Assembly (NCBI GenBank): GCA_039589315.1
Contig: JBDHHQ010000048.1
Coordinates: 1 to 39,545 of the forward strand
Length of the DNA stretch: 39,545 bases
Origin: Gemmatimonadota bacterium
Lineage (GTDB): Bacteria; Gemmatimonadota; Gemmatimonadetes; Longimicrobiales; Gaopeijiaceae
Direction of reading: 5' to 3'
This document shows positions 39,285 through 39,545 of the stretch, in pieces. The first letter of the stretch is position 1; each line of letters begins with the position of its first letter. Below the pieces are notes generated by a model. That model had not been told where the DNA came from, did not search any database, and saw only the letters and a list, made by a program, of their open reading frames with translations. A program made the translations under genes and the position numbers.

Positions 39285-39342
39285 GACGAAGGGAAGACCG
39301 CCGCAGGACTGGGAGAACGCTGAGGCAGGCCGACCCTTCGTC
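39285..39342 (+). ncRNA. Candidate structured 5' leader RNA with glycine-aptamer-like motifs
   Basis: 9-bp closing stem gacgaaggg/cccttcgtc encloses GCCGCAGG...AACGCTGAGGC. Confidence 0.3.
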
Positions 39343-39366
39343 GAAGTGTCTAGAGCGAAACCGTTT

Positions 39367-39545
39367 ATGCGACCTGCACGCCTCAGGAACGGGGCCCTGC
39401 CCGAGGTGGCTCCGGCTTCCGAGTCGGATCCTGCCGAGAGGTCGGCGCCCTGGTCAAACGGGGACGGTTGGTCCATCGAAGAGGCAGAGCAGACGCTGCG
39501 TGAGCTGAACGGGGTCATCTCAGCGCGGGTCGTGGCCCGCCCTGG
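39367..39545 (+). CDS. Hypothetical protein, 3'-partial
   Basis: Open frame to the window end: ...WSIEEAEQTLRELNGVISARVVARP. Start uncertain. Confidence 0.6.
   Translation, partial: MRPARLRNGALPEVAPASESDPAERSAPWSNGDGWSIEEAEQTLRELNGVISARVVARP

Overview
GC-rich (roughly 68-70% by eye) bacterial chromosomal segment. Gene content suggests Gemmatimonadota (two VPS10/BNR beta-propeller proteins, many secreted peptidases and lipoproteins); this is an inference, not a search result. Most of the window is ordinary: two-domain PPK2, M28/M20/M61-like/zinc peptidases, serine hydrolase, PLP decarboxylase, ZIP transporter, molybdate ABC transporter, hldD, tdk, alkaline phosphatase and tRNA-Asn. The main finding is missed by the ORF track. 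A gene at 32033..30396 (-) reads through an in-frame TGA (31913-31911) that sits at the first position of a thioredoxin-fold UxxC motif and begins a SECIS-like hairpin. This points to a selenoprotein redoxin fused to a sulfide:quinone oxidoreductase (SQR)-like flavoprotein. It lies with a GxGD protease-like membrane gene between a truncated marR-like gene and an eamA fragment. Other findings: an ECF sigma module with two matching promoter-like motifs and an anti-sigma gene broken by an apparent deletion, a ModA-ModB fusion, two candidate structured leader RNAs, a 328-bp convergent gene overlap around a 27-bp tandem repeat, and an Ig/BACON/FN3 surface lipoprotein. No integrase, transposase or CRISPR array was seen.
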